This document shows positions 26,401-41,400 of a stretch of 63,510 nt of DNA, one piece after another. The notes beneath the pieces are model-generated. The model searched no databases. It was given only the letters and a program-made list of their open reading frames with translations, and was not told the origin of the DNA. How positions within the stretch are numbered: the first letter of the stretch is position 1; each line of letters begins with the position of its first letter. The DNA is from Malacoraja senta (taxonomy: Eukaryota), in assembly GCA_038087875.1 (NCBI GenBank), contig JAXLNO010001532.1, positions 1 through 63,510 on the forward strand, in the 5' to 3' direction. A program made the translations under genes and the position numbers.

Positions 26401-29400
26401 AATAACTCAACATTAGAAGTGCAAGAACTAAAAACAAATTCCTCGATATAAAGCAGGACAGACAGGTTCTGTTGAGAAATAGCAGTCACAGGTTTTAGAT
26501 CAAATATCTTTCATCAGAACTGGAAAGTGAGAAAACAAGTTAGTTTTTTAGCTCAGAGGAGCACGGAAGAATGGATAAAACTAATGGAATATTTCTGTAA
26601 TAGCGAAGTGTGTGTTGCCAAGGTGATTCCACTGTTTACAGAGCCATCTATTTGATATATTAATGAGAGCAGTTAGAGAAAGAGAAAACAATGGACATGT
26701 AAAAGTTGTGAAATGCTCATCTGAGCTGTTGCTAAAAGACAAAACCAAATGTAAATGCCAAGCAGATCAGACAGTGAAAAAAACTGATGTAATATTGCAG
26801 ATGGATATATTTTACATCAGAACTGGTCAATTCAGACACAACAAAAAAAGGTATCTGAAGTTGTTGAATTCAGAGACCACAACACCTGGATGTAAGATAA
26901 TGTTCTGTTCCTTAAGTTTACATTGCATTTCATTCAAACCGCACAGAAGGCCATTGACATATAGGTCAAAATGAGAGTGATGCGGAAAATTAGAGAGAGA
27001 TAACTGGTTGTCCTTGCAGACTGAATGCAGGTGCTCTGATCAGCAGTCAGCCAATCTGCATTTAAAGAAACTCTTTTGCTACAATCGGAACTATGGTTTT
27101 TAGCACATTTAAAAAATATAATTCTGGATATAGTTTCACAACCATTCTCATTCCTTTCATACCAAAAACCATTAAAAAAAATATCCTAAATTCTTTATGA
27201 TATAGTGGGGTATTTTGGCCATCAATGTAAGAAAAGACTGGATTTAATATCTTTCTCTTACATACATGACAATGGAAAAGGTGAAAATATCCATTATCAG
27301 ACCACTTACAAAAATGCTTGCACTTTATTTAAAATAGAGATGCGCCTTCATCTGTGTTGTTCAGTTAAAAACATCCAATTGCAAGCTTGTTTGAAAATTA
27401 AGGTTGAAATTTAAGTTAAATTATTAAAAGACAAAACATTAATGGATAAATAAATGTATTATGAGGACATGATCTAGTGTAGCCTTCGGGTGTAGTGTAC
27501 TAGGGATTATTGGAACAGAATAGTCAAGTCAAGTCACATTTATTTATATAGCACATTTAAAAAACAACTCTCGTTGGCCAAAGTGCTTTACATTTGTTAT
27601 AAGAATAGCATAAACAAAACAAACTACATACATATATACATGTAGCCCTCACTCAGAGGACGTCAGGAAAGGCTTGGGAGTATAGACATAAATTAAGCCA
27701 CAATTCTAAGAGACAAACATTGTTTTATATTTATCACACGTTTTTATAATGTTATAATCAAACAGTAAAATGCAGAGATTCAGAAAGTTGTGTTGCTAAG
27801 AATACAATAATTTTGTAGGGCTAATACTGCGAGATGAAGGTGGATACTACAGCTCCAGCAGAAGTGTGCAGGCGTAATTACAGTACGACAAACTTATGCT
27901 TGCAATTTGTATTCTCAGTATCTATAGGATTGTAATATGAGAAAAAATCAAAATGTGCAGCATTTTTGTAGCATATGAAGAAGTCATCTTGGTCAGGTAA
28001 TGTAATAATTTATTCCAAGTAGTGAATGAAAAATCACATCAAATTATTACTTGCTGATTGGAGCTACTATATAAATTAACCATACAATATCAGAGAGATG
28101 GGATATACAGTGGCTTGCAAAAGTTTTCATACCCCATGAACTTTTCCACATTTTGTCTCGTTACAACCACAAACGTAAAAGTATTTTATTGGGATTTTAT
28201 GTGATAGACCAACACAAAGTGGTGCATAATTGTGAAGTGGAAGGAAAATGATACATGGTTTTCAAATTTTTTTACAAATAAAAAACTGAAAAGTGTCGCG
28301 TGCAAAAGTATTCAGCCCCCCTAAGTCAATACTTTGTAGAACCACCTTTCGCTGCAATCACAGAGCTGCAAGTCTTTAGGGGTATGTCTCTACCAGCTTT
28401 GCACATCTAGAGACTGAAATTTTTGCCCATTCTTCTTTGCAAAATAGCTCAAGCTCAGTCAGATTGAATGGAGAGCGTCTGTGAAAGGCAATTTTCAAGT
28501 CTTGCCAGAGATTCTCAATTGGATTTAGGTCTGGACTTTGACTGGGCCATTCTAACACATGAATATGCTTTGATCTAAACCATTCCATTGTAGCTCTGGC
28601 TGTAGGTTTAGGGTCGTTGTCCTGCTGGAAGGTGAACCTCCGCCCCAGTCTCAAGTCTTTTGCAGACTCTAACAGGTTTTCTTCCAAGATTGCCCTGTAT
28701 CTTCCCATCAACTCTGACCAGCTTCCCTGTCCCTGCTGAAGAAAAGCATCCCCACAGCATGATGCTGCCACCACCATGTTTCACAGTGGGGATGGTGTGT
28801 TCAGGGTGATGTGCAGTGTTTGGTTTCCGCCACACATAGCGTTTTGCATTTAAGCCAAAAACTTCAATTTTGGTCTCATCTGACCAGAGCACCTTCCTCC
28901 ACATGTTTGCTGTGTCCCCCACATGGCTTGTGGCAAACTGCAAACGGGACTTCTTATGGCTTTTTTTCAACAATGGCTTTCTTCTTGCCACTCTTCCATA
29001 AAGGCACGATTTGTGGAGTGCACGACTAATAGTTGTCCTGTGGACAGATTCTCCCACCTGAGCAGTGGATCTCTGCAGCTCCTCCAGAGTTACCATGGGC
29101 CTCTTGGCTGCTTCTCTGATCAATGCTCTCCTTGCCCGGCCGGTCAGTTTAGGTGGACGGCCATGTCTTGGTAGGTTGCAATTGTGCCATACTCTTTCCA
29201 TTTTTGGATGATGGATTGAACAGTGCTCCGTGAGATGTTCAGCTTGGGATATTTGTTTATAACCTAACCCTGCTTTAAACTTCTCCACAACTTTATCCCT
29301 GACCTGTCTGGTGTGTTCCTTGGGCTTCATGATGCTGTTTGTTCACTAATGTTCTCTAACAAACCTCTGAGGCCTTCACAGAACAGCTGTATTTATACTG

Positions 29401-32400
29401 AGATTAGATTACACACAAGCGGACTCTATTTACTAATTAGGTGACTTCTGAAGGCAATTGGTTGCACTGGATTTTATTTAGGGGTATCAGAGTAAAGGGG
29501 GCTGAATACTTTTGCACGCGACACTTTTCAGTTTTTTATTTGTAAAAAAATTTGAAAACCATGTATCATTTTCCTTCCACTTCACAATTATGCGCCACTT
29601 TGTGTTGGTCTATCACATAAAATCAAAATAAAATACATTTACGTTTGTGGTTGTAACGTGACAAAATGTGGAAAAGTTCAAGGGGTATGAATACTTTTGC
29701 AAGCCACTGTATATGAAGTCCCCAGATTATGATAGGGTTACGTTCCTGAGAATTGTCCATGTCAGAAATTAACAAAAATATTACAAGGTAGAAGCTCACA
29801 GAAACAGCTATGATGGAAGAGTGAGCAGGTATGGGGAAGAGCAGCCATCAGCCAGCCTCACTAACACGGTGAGTCTGCTCAGAGCTCCCAGCTCTGCTTG
29901 TTGCAACCCAGCTCCCAATTATTGTAGCTCAGGTGGAGATAAAGAAAAGGCATGCGGAAACAGCCCCGCTCCCACTGGCAGACGATGCCTGCCTGCAGCC
30001 TTGCAGGAGCCAGCAAATCAATTCCACCAGTCTTCCAAACACTCATATATTTGGGGTGTCCATAAGTCAACTGTTCATATGCAGGGGACGACATGTACAA
30101 TATTTTATTGCAAGGCCACCACTGATTAAACCTAAACATAACATAATTAAAAATCAATATATCTTTCTGCATCTTGCTGCTTTAAGAAAACTAGATTTTT
30201 TTTTCAGGAATGTACTGTAAAGTCTTACCTTTTCTAGGTAAGCATCAAGGTTATCTTCTGCAATTGAAGGATCTGTGACAAATTCAAAGAGCTCTCGAAC
30301 AGTCATCACAGCAACGTCGTGTTTACGGAAAAATTCTACCACAAAAATATAGCATCAGTTTGTGATTTAAATCAAAATAATGGAAATAATGCAAACATTC
30401 TCTAAACCTTATGCAATTAGAAAGTCAAGCATGTAATTTTCAGAAATTTACAAACGTAGATGCATATGAAATGTCATGTGTTCATTCTCTGCAGCTCTGG
30501 CAATAAGTTGGAAACTCATCCATAACTAATAATATATTAAAAACTATTAGATAAGAAATTACCAAGCAGTAAAATTTGAAGATAAGTGTTCACTGAATAC
30601 ATATGAAATATATAAATGTTACATTTTTTCATAATTGCCCAAAAGTAAAACTGAAATGGATTAAAGAATATGCCTAATTATAGCCTAGAAGAACAAATAA
30701 AAATACCAATAATTAAACAATAATGAGCAGCCATGCATACTAAGAGACTATCCTGGTTATGAACAAATAAAAACACGAATTCATTAAATACTCTGGTTAA
30801 ATTGATTATTTTGAAAGAATCCCATTCCACCCTAATGCCATTCCATAAATAATCCTCAGAAAACGTAATTTTCCACATTAAACCACCGAATATGAGATTA
30901 AGAATATACCAGAGACAATATGTTTAATTTTATAGATACTGTTAAAAACAAGATTAATAATTTAGCATCCTGGACATGGCATTATGTATCAACTTTCGTA
31001 TCGAGGTTCCGCAGGTTAGATCGCATGGGATCCATGGAGAGATAGCTGAATGGATAGTAAATTGGCTTCATGGAAGGAAGCAGAGGGTGATGCTGGAAGG
31101 TTGCTTCTCGGACTGGAGGCCTTTGACTAGTGGTGTGCCTCAGGGTTCAGTGCTAGGCCTGTTACTGTTTGTCATCGACATCAATGATTTGGATGAGAAC
31201 ATACAGGGCAAAATTAGCAAGTTTGCTGATGATACAAAAGTGGGTGGTTTTGCAGATAGTGCAGATAGTTGTGAAAGATTGCAGCAGGATCTGGATCGAT
31301 TGGCCAGATGGGCTGAGGAATGGTTGATGGAATTTAATACAGAGAAGTGTGAGGTATTGCATTTTGGGATGTCTATCAAGGGCAGGACCTACACAGTGAA
31401 TGGTAGGCCTCTGGGGAGTGTTGTAGAGCAGTGGGATCTCGGAGTGCAGGTGCATGGTTCCTTGAAGGTCGAGTCGCAGGAACATAAGGTGGTCAAAAAG
31501 GCTTTTGGCACATTGCCGTTCATCAGTCAGAATATTGAGTATAGAAGTTGGAAGGTCATGTTGCAGTTGTATAAGACGTTGGTGAGACCGCATTTAGAAT
31601 ATTGTGTTCAGTTCTGGGCACCATGTTATAGGAAAGATATTGTCAAGCTTGAAAGGGTTCAGCGAAGATTTACGAGGATGTTGCCAGGACTAGAGGGTGT
31701 GAGCTATAGGGAGGTTGAGTAAACTGGGTCTCTATTCCTTGGAGCGCAGGAGGATGTGGGGTAATCTTATAGAGGTGTATGAAATCATGAGAGGAATAGA
31801 TAGGGTAGATGCGCAGTCTCTTGCCCAGAGTAGGGGAATTGAGGACCAGAGGAAATAAGTTCAAGGTGAAGGGGAAAAGATTTAATAGGAATCTGAGGGG
31901 TAACTTTTTCACACAAAAGGTGGTGGGTGTACAGAACAAGCTGCTAGAGGATGTAGTTGAGGCTGGGACTATCCCAACGTTTAAGAAACAGTTAGACAGA
32001 TACATGGATAGGACAGGTTTTGTGGGATATGGACCAAGTGCAGGCAGGTGGGACTAGTGTAGCTGGCTAGTGCGGGCAAGTTGGGCCGAAGGGCCTGTTT
32101 CCTCACTATCACTCTATGATTCTATCTATGGGGGCAACCTGTCCATTCAATGAAGACTCGAGGAGATTAACGTAGCATCTTTCTGCATATTCAATACTTA
32201 AGATTAAATTTAACAGAGTTATTATATAACAATTAATCATAGTCTCCAACAAATCAAAAGGAAAAATCTGAACAGGAACAAAAATATTTGTGGTTTTGAC
32301 CCACCACTAATATTGAGACAGTCTTTTCGGAGAAACTCCAAAGCACATGGATGATCGTGTTCCACTGACTGGGATACATCAATTATATAAATTCCCCCAT

Positions 32401-35400
32401 TGTGGTACCTACGTAATGACAAAAACAATATGTACATAAATTACCTAGTTGCTCATTCGTGAATAGATAGGAAAGGTTTGAAGGGATATGGGCCAGATGC
32501 AGGCAGGTAGAACTAGCTAGGTTGAGCAACTTGGTTGGCATAGACAAATTAGGCCAAAGGGCTCGTTTACATGCTGAATCGCTTAATGACTATGAATTCC
32601 ATTAAGTAAAAAAGCCTGGGCAATACATACAATTACATTAAAATAACATATTTTCAAATGAGAGTCAAAGGACAAACACAATTCAAAAATGAATTTCCCA
32701 TTTTCAGCAATATTAGGCAAATGTGCGCTTTAATATAATCATTTGATACAAATAACAAAATATAGAAATAATTATACTTATTAATTGCTTGATAATGTGA
32801 AATCCATGGCCTACCAGCTTTTAAGAATTGTGTACAGATTCAGTTTCCTTATTGTAAATAGCTATAGAGGTTCTGGTGAAAGTAAACAAAATATTTAACA
32901 ATAATACTAGCAATGAATTACTGTAATTTCATGGAAAACTGAAGAGGCCGCATCATTTCAGTAAAGATAAAGGTTGAGGAAAGGTCTGATGGAGGTCTTT
33001 AAGGAATATGAGAAGTAACACAGGATAGATGTTTTTCTTAAATAGCGGAGTGGGTTAAACTCGAAAACCAGGAGTCATAATTAAGATAGTAACAAACAAA
33101 TTCTCTTTTCTGAAAAAATGTTATCATCCAGATAATGGTTAGAACTTTGTTGGATACAGTATGCAAGGCAAACAGCAATGACACAGGAAAAGGAAAGCCA
33201 GGTTGAAAAAAGAAAAGGGTATGCAGTAAAAAATTAGATACAGGTGGATGCAACTAAGGAAAGTATTACAATCTATTATTAAGGAACTGGTAAAGGGGCA
33301 ATATGAAAATAACAGAATTGGACAGAGTCAACATGGTTTATGAAAGAGCATATTTGACAAACCTTTTGTAAAATTTTGAATGTACTTAGCAGAATAGATA
33401 AACATGAACCAGTCGATGTGAATTTGAGCTTTCAAAAGAGTTTTTAGCAAGATACCAGTCTAGATATTATTAAACAAAATTTGAGGGCATAGTATTGAGG
33501 ATAATACACTGGTATGAATTGGCAGAAAATAGTCAGAACAAATGGCTTATTTTTGTGTTGAGTTCAAAGGGTTTGTTGGATTTATTGCAAGAGGATTTGA
33601 ATAGAAAAGTAGAGACAAGTGATTCCAATTACACAAATCCTGGTGACTACACCTGGGGTGCAGTTCAGGTTTGATCTCTCTACCCAAGGAAAAACATACT
33701 TCAGGGTTTGCGAGATTGGTTCCAGGGATGATCGGTTTGTCATATGATGACAGGTTTAGTCGGGCTCAAGTTTTAGGAGAGTGAATTCATTGATTTCACC
33801 TCATCTTCCAGAGTTCTAGAGAAAACAATCCAAGTTTGCCCAACCTCTCCTTGTGGCTAATACCACCTAATCCAGGCAGCATTCTGATAAATCTGATCAG
33901 TCTGAAGGGTCTCGAACCGAAACGTCACCAATGCCTTCTCTCCAGAGATGCTGCCTGTCCCGCTGAGTTACTCCAGCATTTTGTGTCTACCTAGCATTCT
34001 GATAAACCTCTTCTGCACCCTCTTCAAAGCCTTCTTGTAATGAGCCAACAACAGTACTCCAAATACAGCCTCATCAAACTCTTATGGAGTTGCATCATCA
34101 ATGAATGGACCAATGGCCATCATCCCATACAACTTCAAAACTTCATACGAACAACAAAAGGTATGATGAATAGATTCATTGTAAATCCTAAATACAGATA
34201 AGTCAGACAGAAAATATTAGAAAAATAACTCACAACAGATTAAATTCACTGAGATCAGCATGAACCAGCCTGGCGTCCTTGTACATTCTTCGCATATATT
34301 GAATTAGAATAAAATAAAGCTCCCTGGCCTTGGATTCAGACAAATGAGCATTCTTCAACAGTGGTGCTGGCCTAGAGAATAAAAGATGATAAATAAGTAC
34401 AACTGTTTGATAAAGATAAATTACAAGTTTTTTGTAAATCAGCAGCTGCAGTTTCTTGTTTCTACGATAAATTAGTAGTTTGTTAATTCCTTTATATTGA
34501 AATAGATATAACAGATGTTTATAACAGAAATGGAGCTGTGAAAATACAGCTTCTGCAATTTATTTTTAAGATACAAGAATTTTAAAGTTTTAAAACAAGG
34601 CTGATTCCAATGAACCCACTTGTACATTGGCAGCCTTGTGACTCTGATTTAACTAAATAAAAGTACTCATCTAGACCAGCATTTTTCAAAATACCACAGT
34701 TTCTAACATATTTTAATGAAAGAATTAAGCAATAATTTTCCTCAAAGATAGACACAAAGCTGGAGTAACTCAGCAGGACCGGCAGCATCTCTGGAGAGAA
34801 GGAATGGGTGACGTTTCGGGTCGAGACCTTTCTTCAGACTGAAGTCTCAACGCAAAACGTCACCCATTCCTTCTCTTCAGAGATGTTGCCTGACCCGCTG
34901 AGTTACTCCAGCATTTTGTGTCTATCTTCGATTTAAACCAGCATCTGCAGTTCCTTCCTACACTTAATAATTTTCCTCATATGCAGTAAAAGTAATAAAT
35001 TAATTATCAAATAATAGGTGAGATCACTGGATACAGCAAAGGCAATGGGACCAGACAACATCCCAATGTTAGTATTGAAGATGTGCACACCATAACTAGG
35101 TGTGCCTCATGACAAACTATTCCATTATTATTGTGGAGAAGTGCACATGTATATTGCCTTCACAAAATATAGGACAATTTATTCTGGTTAATTACTACCC
35201 AATCATTCTCCCCTCGTCACTGATGACCTAATGGAGATTGTCATCAACAGTGCTATCCAGTGGCACTTATTTACCAATAATCTTTTCACTGATGCCTGGT
35301 TTGGGTTTTGCCTTGACCATTCAGCTGCAGACCTCATCACAGCCTTGATCCAACATGGAATGGAGCTAAATTCCAGAAGCTAGGTGTCTTCCAGAAGCAG

Positions 35401-38400
35401 GCCAGAGTGTCTGTCCTTGACAATGACAACAAGGTAATATTTGACTAAGTGTACCATCAAGATGCCTCAGCAAACGTAAAGCTAATAATTCCCAAACATT
35501 CAAGTGAGTGGTGTGATACCTCAACCAAAGGAAGACTGTTGTGCTTATTGGCATACAGTAATCTCAGCCTAGACATATCTCAAGAGGTTCCTCAGGACAG
35601 CTTAGTGATGGTTGCACAATGTTCGATTTTATTGGCAATTCCTCAGCAATTGAAGCAATCTCTCGTTTGCATGCAGCAAAACTGTGACAAAATTCAGGCA
35701 ATGGCTAACAAGGAGTACACAAAATTCACGTCATAAATGTGCCAGGTGACAATATTCAAAGAGAGAGAACTACCTGCCTCTGATATTCAATGGCACTACC
35801 GATGACAAATCTATCATCAACACATTGAGGGTCACCATCAATCAGAAACTCAAATGGCCAAGCCACAAGCACCATTACTGCAAAGGTAGACCAGAGGACA
35901 GATGCCTTTCTACCAAGCATAAACATGGAGCGCGATGAAATACACTGCACGTCTGATGAATGCAGTATCTACCTCTCACACAAAGGACAAAAGCAACAGG
36001 CCCATAAGAAATGAAGAATTTTCCACATTGTCAGGTAGATGCTGGTGTATAATTGCACTGAAACAGCTTGGTCAGAGGCCCAGCTAGTTCTTGAGCATAT
36101 ATCTTGAGTGTTCCGGCTGGGATTTTGTTTGACCTGTTTATGCTTTATGCTTTATCCAGTAATACTTATGCTTTATCCTTAGTACTCCTGACATACAAAA
36201 AAATCATCACAATGACAGTGAATTGTCTAATGAATGCTGCAATGAGGCTCTTAAATATATGATCTTTTACAATAAAATAAGAGTTTGAATTCTACAAGAG
36301 ACTCACATGTCATCTTTACCAATAAAACCCATAACAAGCACATGACTCCTGAGCATAATTGGCTCTGGGCAAGGTATTTTTGCTGTCCGCAACCTATGTT
36401 AGAAATGAACAGCATTAATTTTTACAGATAAATACACAGTAATGCGCTGAATACAAACATTCAGTAAGTCATATGGAATACTCCCTGCTGCTTAATTAAC
36501 AGCCATTAAATATTGCTGTTTTAAAGAGTTCATTAATAAAGTGGATATCTTGTATGTTCATGTCCAGGTGTTAGCATTTTTTAATTACATGGTCAATAGA
36601 ATATTTATTGTGCCAATAATGTGCATAATCATACAGATTTACCATCAATTTTATTGATGCCCAACAGAATATTGATGCATCAAATTATTAGTTTTTAATA
36701 AAAGTTTAGACATGCATTAATTTTTTAGAGCAAATAACGGAAAATTATAGACTACGTCCAAATGAAAAAACCCAAAACACATGATGAGATCCAAAACAAT
36801 TATTCAACTCGAATCTTTATCTGTTTCTCTCCCCACAAATGTGGTCTGACCCTCTGAATATTTCCATTATTTTCTGTTTATATTTCAGATGTCCAGCATT
36901 GCAGATTTTTCTTTTGATTTTCAATTGAAACAATTAGTTGGTCTAATTGAACGCAGTATCCAAAGAAGTCAAATCAGGAAATTCAGACACCTTTTAGTTT
37001 AGATGGGCATCTTGGTTGGCATTGACGAGTTGGGCAGAAGGGCTGTTTCTGCCCTCTCTGACACTATGACTCTTTCTTGAAGTTTTTGAAGATTTATAGC
37101 TATTTTAAGATGTTTATCAGATTCTTTCCAATATCAAGAACTTTGTATCTGAGGTGTTAATCAAGCCGCTAAATTTCTATAATTTAGGTTATAGTAAAAG
37201 TATTTTTACGTAAGATGTACTTAGATTACAATTTTGCTTTCTGATGTCACCGAAGATCACAAAGGGGGATATGAAAAAACGAATGGGCAAAATAAATATT
37301 AATATATTCAGTTTTATTCATCGACAAACATTCACCTCCACATCTGGAAAGTATGAAATAAGACATTAAAATGTCAAAAATAAACATGATTTAAAAGAAA
37401 TTAAAGGATCAAATTCAAATAATGGTTGCAAGCATGTCCGCTTTAAACTATTTCAGGAGGATGAATGATTCATAAAGATTAAATCTCATACCAAGAAAGA
37501 AAAACAATGGGGATAAACTATCAGCAGGAATAACAAGTCGGGACAATTTTCTGTTTATCATTGAGATTTCTGTATACCATTTAGAAAACTAGGGACCCTA
37601 TAGATGTTTACCACCCAATCAGATTTATCCTATGCAATCCATGGAAATATGTTGACTACAATAGTAAATGTCTTGATGTAGATTTAAAAATGCAAAAACG
37701 AGAAATGCATTGTGCAACATGAAGAGTGAAGTGAAAAAAAGTTGTGTGCATTTTATTGCTTTCCTTACACAACAGTGACATAGAAACATAGAAAATAGGT
37801 GCAGGAGTAGGCCATTCGGCCCTTCGAGCCTGCACCATCATTCAATATGATCATGGCTGATCATCCAACTCAGTATCCTGTACCTGCCTTCTCTCCTTAC
37901 CCCCTGATCCCTTTAGCCACAAGGGCCACATCTAACTCCCTCTTAAATATAGCCAATGAACTGGCCTCAACTACTTTCTGTGGCAGAGAATTCCACAGAT
38001 TCAACACCCTCTGTGTGATATTTTTTTCTCTCATCTCGGTCCTAAAAGACTTCCCCCTTATCCTTAAATTGTGACCCCTTGTTCTGGACTTCCCCAACAT
38101 CGGGAACAATCTTCATGCATCTAGCCTGTCCAACCCCTTAAGAGTTTTGTAAGTTTCTATAAGATCCCCCCTCAATCTTCTAAATTCCAGCGAGTACAAG
38201 CCGAGTCTATCCAGTCTTTCTTCATATGAAAATCCTGCCATCCCAGGAATCAGTCTGGTGAACCTTCTCTGTACTCTATGGCAAGAATGTCTTTCCTCAG
38301 ATTAGGAGACCAAAACTGTACGCAATACTCCAGGTGTGGTCTCACCAAGGCCCTGTACAACTGCAGTAGAACCTCCCTGCTCCTATACTCAAATCCTTTT

Positions 38401-41400
38401 GCTATGAATGCTAACATACCATTCGCTTTCTTCACTGCCTGCTGCACCTGCATGCCTACTTTCAATGACTGGTGTACCATGACACCCAGGTCTTGTTGCA
38501 TCTCCCCTTTTCCTAATCGGCCGCCATACAGATAATAGTCTACTTTCCTGTTCTTGCCACCAAAGTGGATAACCTCACATTTATCCACATTATACTGCAT
38601 CTGCCATGCATTTGCCCACTCACCCAACCTCTCCAAGTCACCTTGCAGCCTCCAAGCATCCTCCTCACAGCTAACACTGCCCCCCAGCTTCGTGTCATCC
38701 GCAAACTTGAAGATGTTGCATTCAATTCCCTCGTCCAAATCATTAATATATATTGTAAATAGCTGGGGTCCCAGCACTGAGCCTTGCGGTACCCCACTAG
38801 TCACTGCCTGCCATTCTGAAAAGGACCCGTTTACACCTACTCTTTGCTTCCTGCCTGCCAGCCAGTTCGCTATCCACATCAATACTGAACCCCAATAACG
38901 TGTGCTTTAAGTTTGCATACTAATCTCTTATGTGACCCTGTATGGGAGATGTCAATAGTCAGCTGTCTAGTGCTCAGAGGAAACAAAATTAATGGTAGAA
39001 AATTTCCAAAGTTGCCATTAATTAGATAGTTACAAACTATGCATCTGCAATTGGGACAGTATATAAATATAGCAAGACTGCCTCAAGTTCCAACAAATTA
39101 TTGTTTTCAGTACCTGATCAAATTTCTCATTTCCTTTTCTGCCCAGGTTCTCACCATTTTTCTTGGATTTCCCTTGCAGTAGCCATGGCGAAATCTAAAA
39201 AATAGATTTGCTCCTGTCAAACGTGCTTGGTTTATAAAGTACAACTTTAAATGCACATATATTTATATTCTATACTACTTAATGCCCATTTTTCTTTTAA
39301 TAACAATAGTCTGTTGTAGTTGCTACATCATGAAAATGAGTATTTAATAGCATTATTACAGAATCATAGGAAATAAATATTACATAAGTACTGTCTGTAA
39401 TATCAGTACCTTGAATACTGAATATGCTTTTCATATACAGGTTATTGTAAGTAGCTTCAAGAAATGCTTCAGATTCTTGGATGGCATTTAAGTTATCCTG
39501 GCAGTGAGAGGATATTTGCCTCGATCACATGACAATTACTACATTAATGCCAATCTACAAACATCATTGGAAAATGTAATGATTATCTGCAATGTTTCCC
39601 AAATATAATTTCACAGATAATTTCCATTACGTTATGCATATCCGCTCTCTTAATTCACAGTCCATACGAAGTTGTGCAATGATCGTTGATTGTCCTATCT
39701 GGGACACATGACAATAAAACTCTCTTGACTTGATTCCTTCATTTTAGTTCTTTGGATGCATGGCAAACACATAGATAAATACAAGTTACGGGGGTGGCTA
39801 CAATATTAAATAGTAACAAGATATAAAAAAGAAAAAATCAAGATGAGTGAGGTACAGAATGCATCCTTTATATTGCTTATAAATTAAATCCAAAACAGGT
39901 GAATTATTAAAAAATATATATAAAGCACATTTCATAAATCATACCTGAATTCACCACTAACATATTTATCACGATCTTTAAATATTAGGATTGAAGTTTT
40001 GTAGATCTTTATAGCTCTGCTTTCTCCACTGTTTGCAGTTGCATGATATACATTTGCCTGTGGGTTAATAGGATGAAAATTAGATCAATGAAGGAGGCTT
40101 GAAGCAATCATGCAAAAAACAAATAAGTTAAATGTAATTTAAAAAAATCAGATTAAAAAAAAAATACATGCAGAGGATAATGATTTCCCATGTTAGCTTT
40201 TGTGAGCATTATGACATGCTATCTTGTGTAAGGGAATCCAATTGTAAAAATAATCTATTTAGCTGTCTAAATCTGCCACATTTTAAGAAGTATACATTTG
40301 GTTAAAAAATGAAGTTGAGACATTAACCACTTATTTCTGCAAATGCTGACTGTCTTGCTAAGCATTTCAAGAATTTACTTAAGATTTTTAGCAATCACAA
40401 TAGACAAATCAAAAAGCTGATGACTGTACCAACAATTGTCACATTCTTTTGAAATCACCACCGTATACTGGCATCTACCAAGCATGTCCTGCTTAAATTC
40501 ATCTCATTCACATTTATCATCTTGAAGTGAATCGCAACATCCTCAGTGAAAATTACCTCTTTGCCTGTGCTGATACATCCATGGATTTGAGAGATCACTC
40601 CTCTGCTCAGCATTTTAAACAGAATCATTCGAGTTCTTGGATCCAAAACCTAGAGAATGACATGACTGTGAAACCAAGTTTCATAAAATATGTAAAGATT
40701 GATCAGTCTGAAGAAGGGTCTCGACTCGAAATGTCAACTATTCCTTTGCTCAGCCGCTGAGCTTCCCCAGCATTTTTGTCTACCTTGTAAAGATTGATCA
40801 GTATGTTTGGGCAATGTGATATGCAAACCTGGGCCTTGATAAGGCAAAATGAAATGCCCTTATTTTCACTATTTTCACAATTTTCAACTGAATCATATAC
40901 CCATCACAAATAAATTTACATCTTTGCCTAAGAGATTAGATTAATGCGTTGGTGAGATCATTATTCCATTTGATATTTTAAATAAAATGTTGCTTAATTA
41001 ATTGTTTTACCTCATGGATTGCCACTTTAAGTGATTTCTGCAAACCATATTCTCTCTACAATATGTATTATGCGGAGAGTGTATAAATACAATGGAGATA
41101 AGTCTGGGAGCTGAAAAGAATTCATTCAAAAAGCAAAGTGCAGAATGATACTGTGCCAATGCTCAAAAGTCATTTAGAAACATATACAATTCTTAAGGGA
41201 TTAGACAGGCTAGATGCAGGTAAAATATTTGCGATGTTGGGGTGGAGGGGAGGTGTCCAGAACCAGGGGTCTCAGTTTAAGAATAAGGGGTGAGATGAAG
41301 ACAGAGATGAGGAAAAACCTTTTCACCCAGAGAGTTGTTAATCTATGGAATTCTCTGCCATCAATTCACTGGATGTATTCAAGAGAGTTAGATGTACTGT

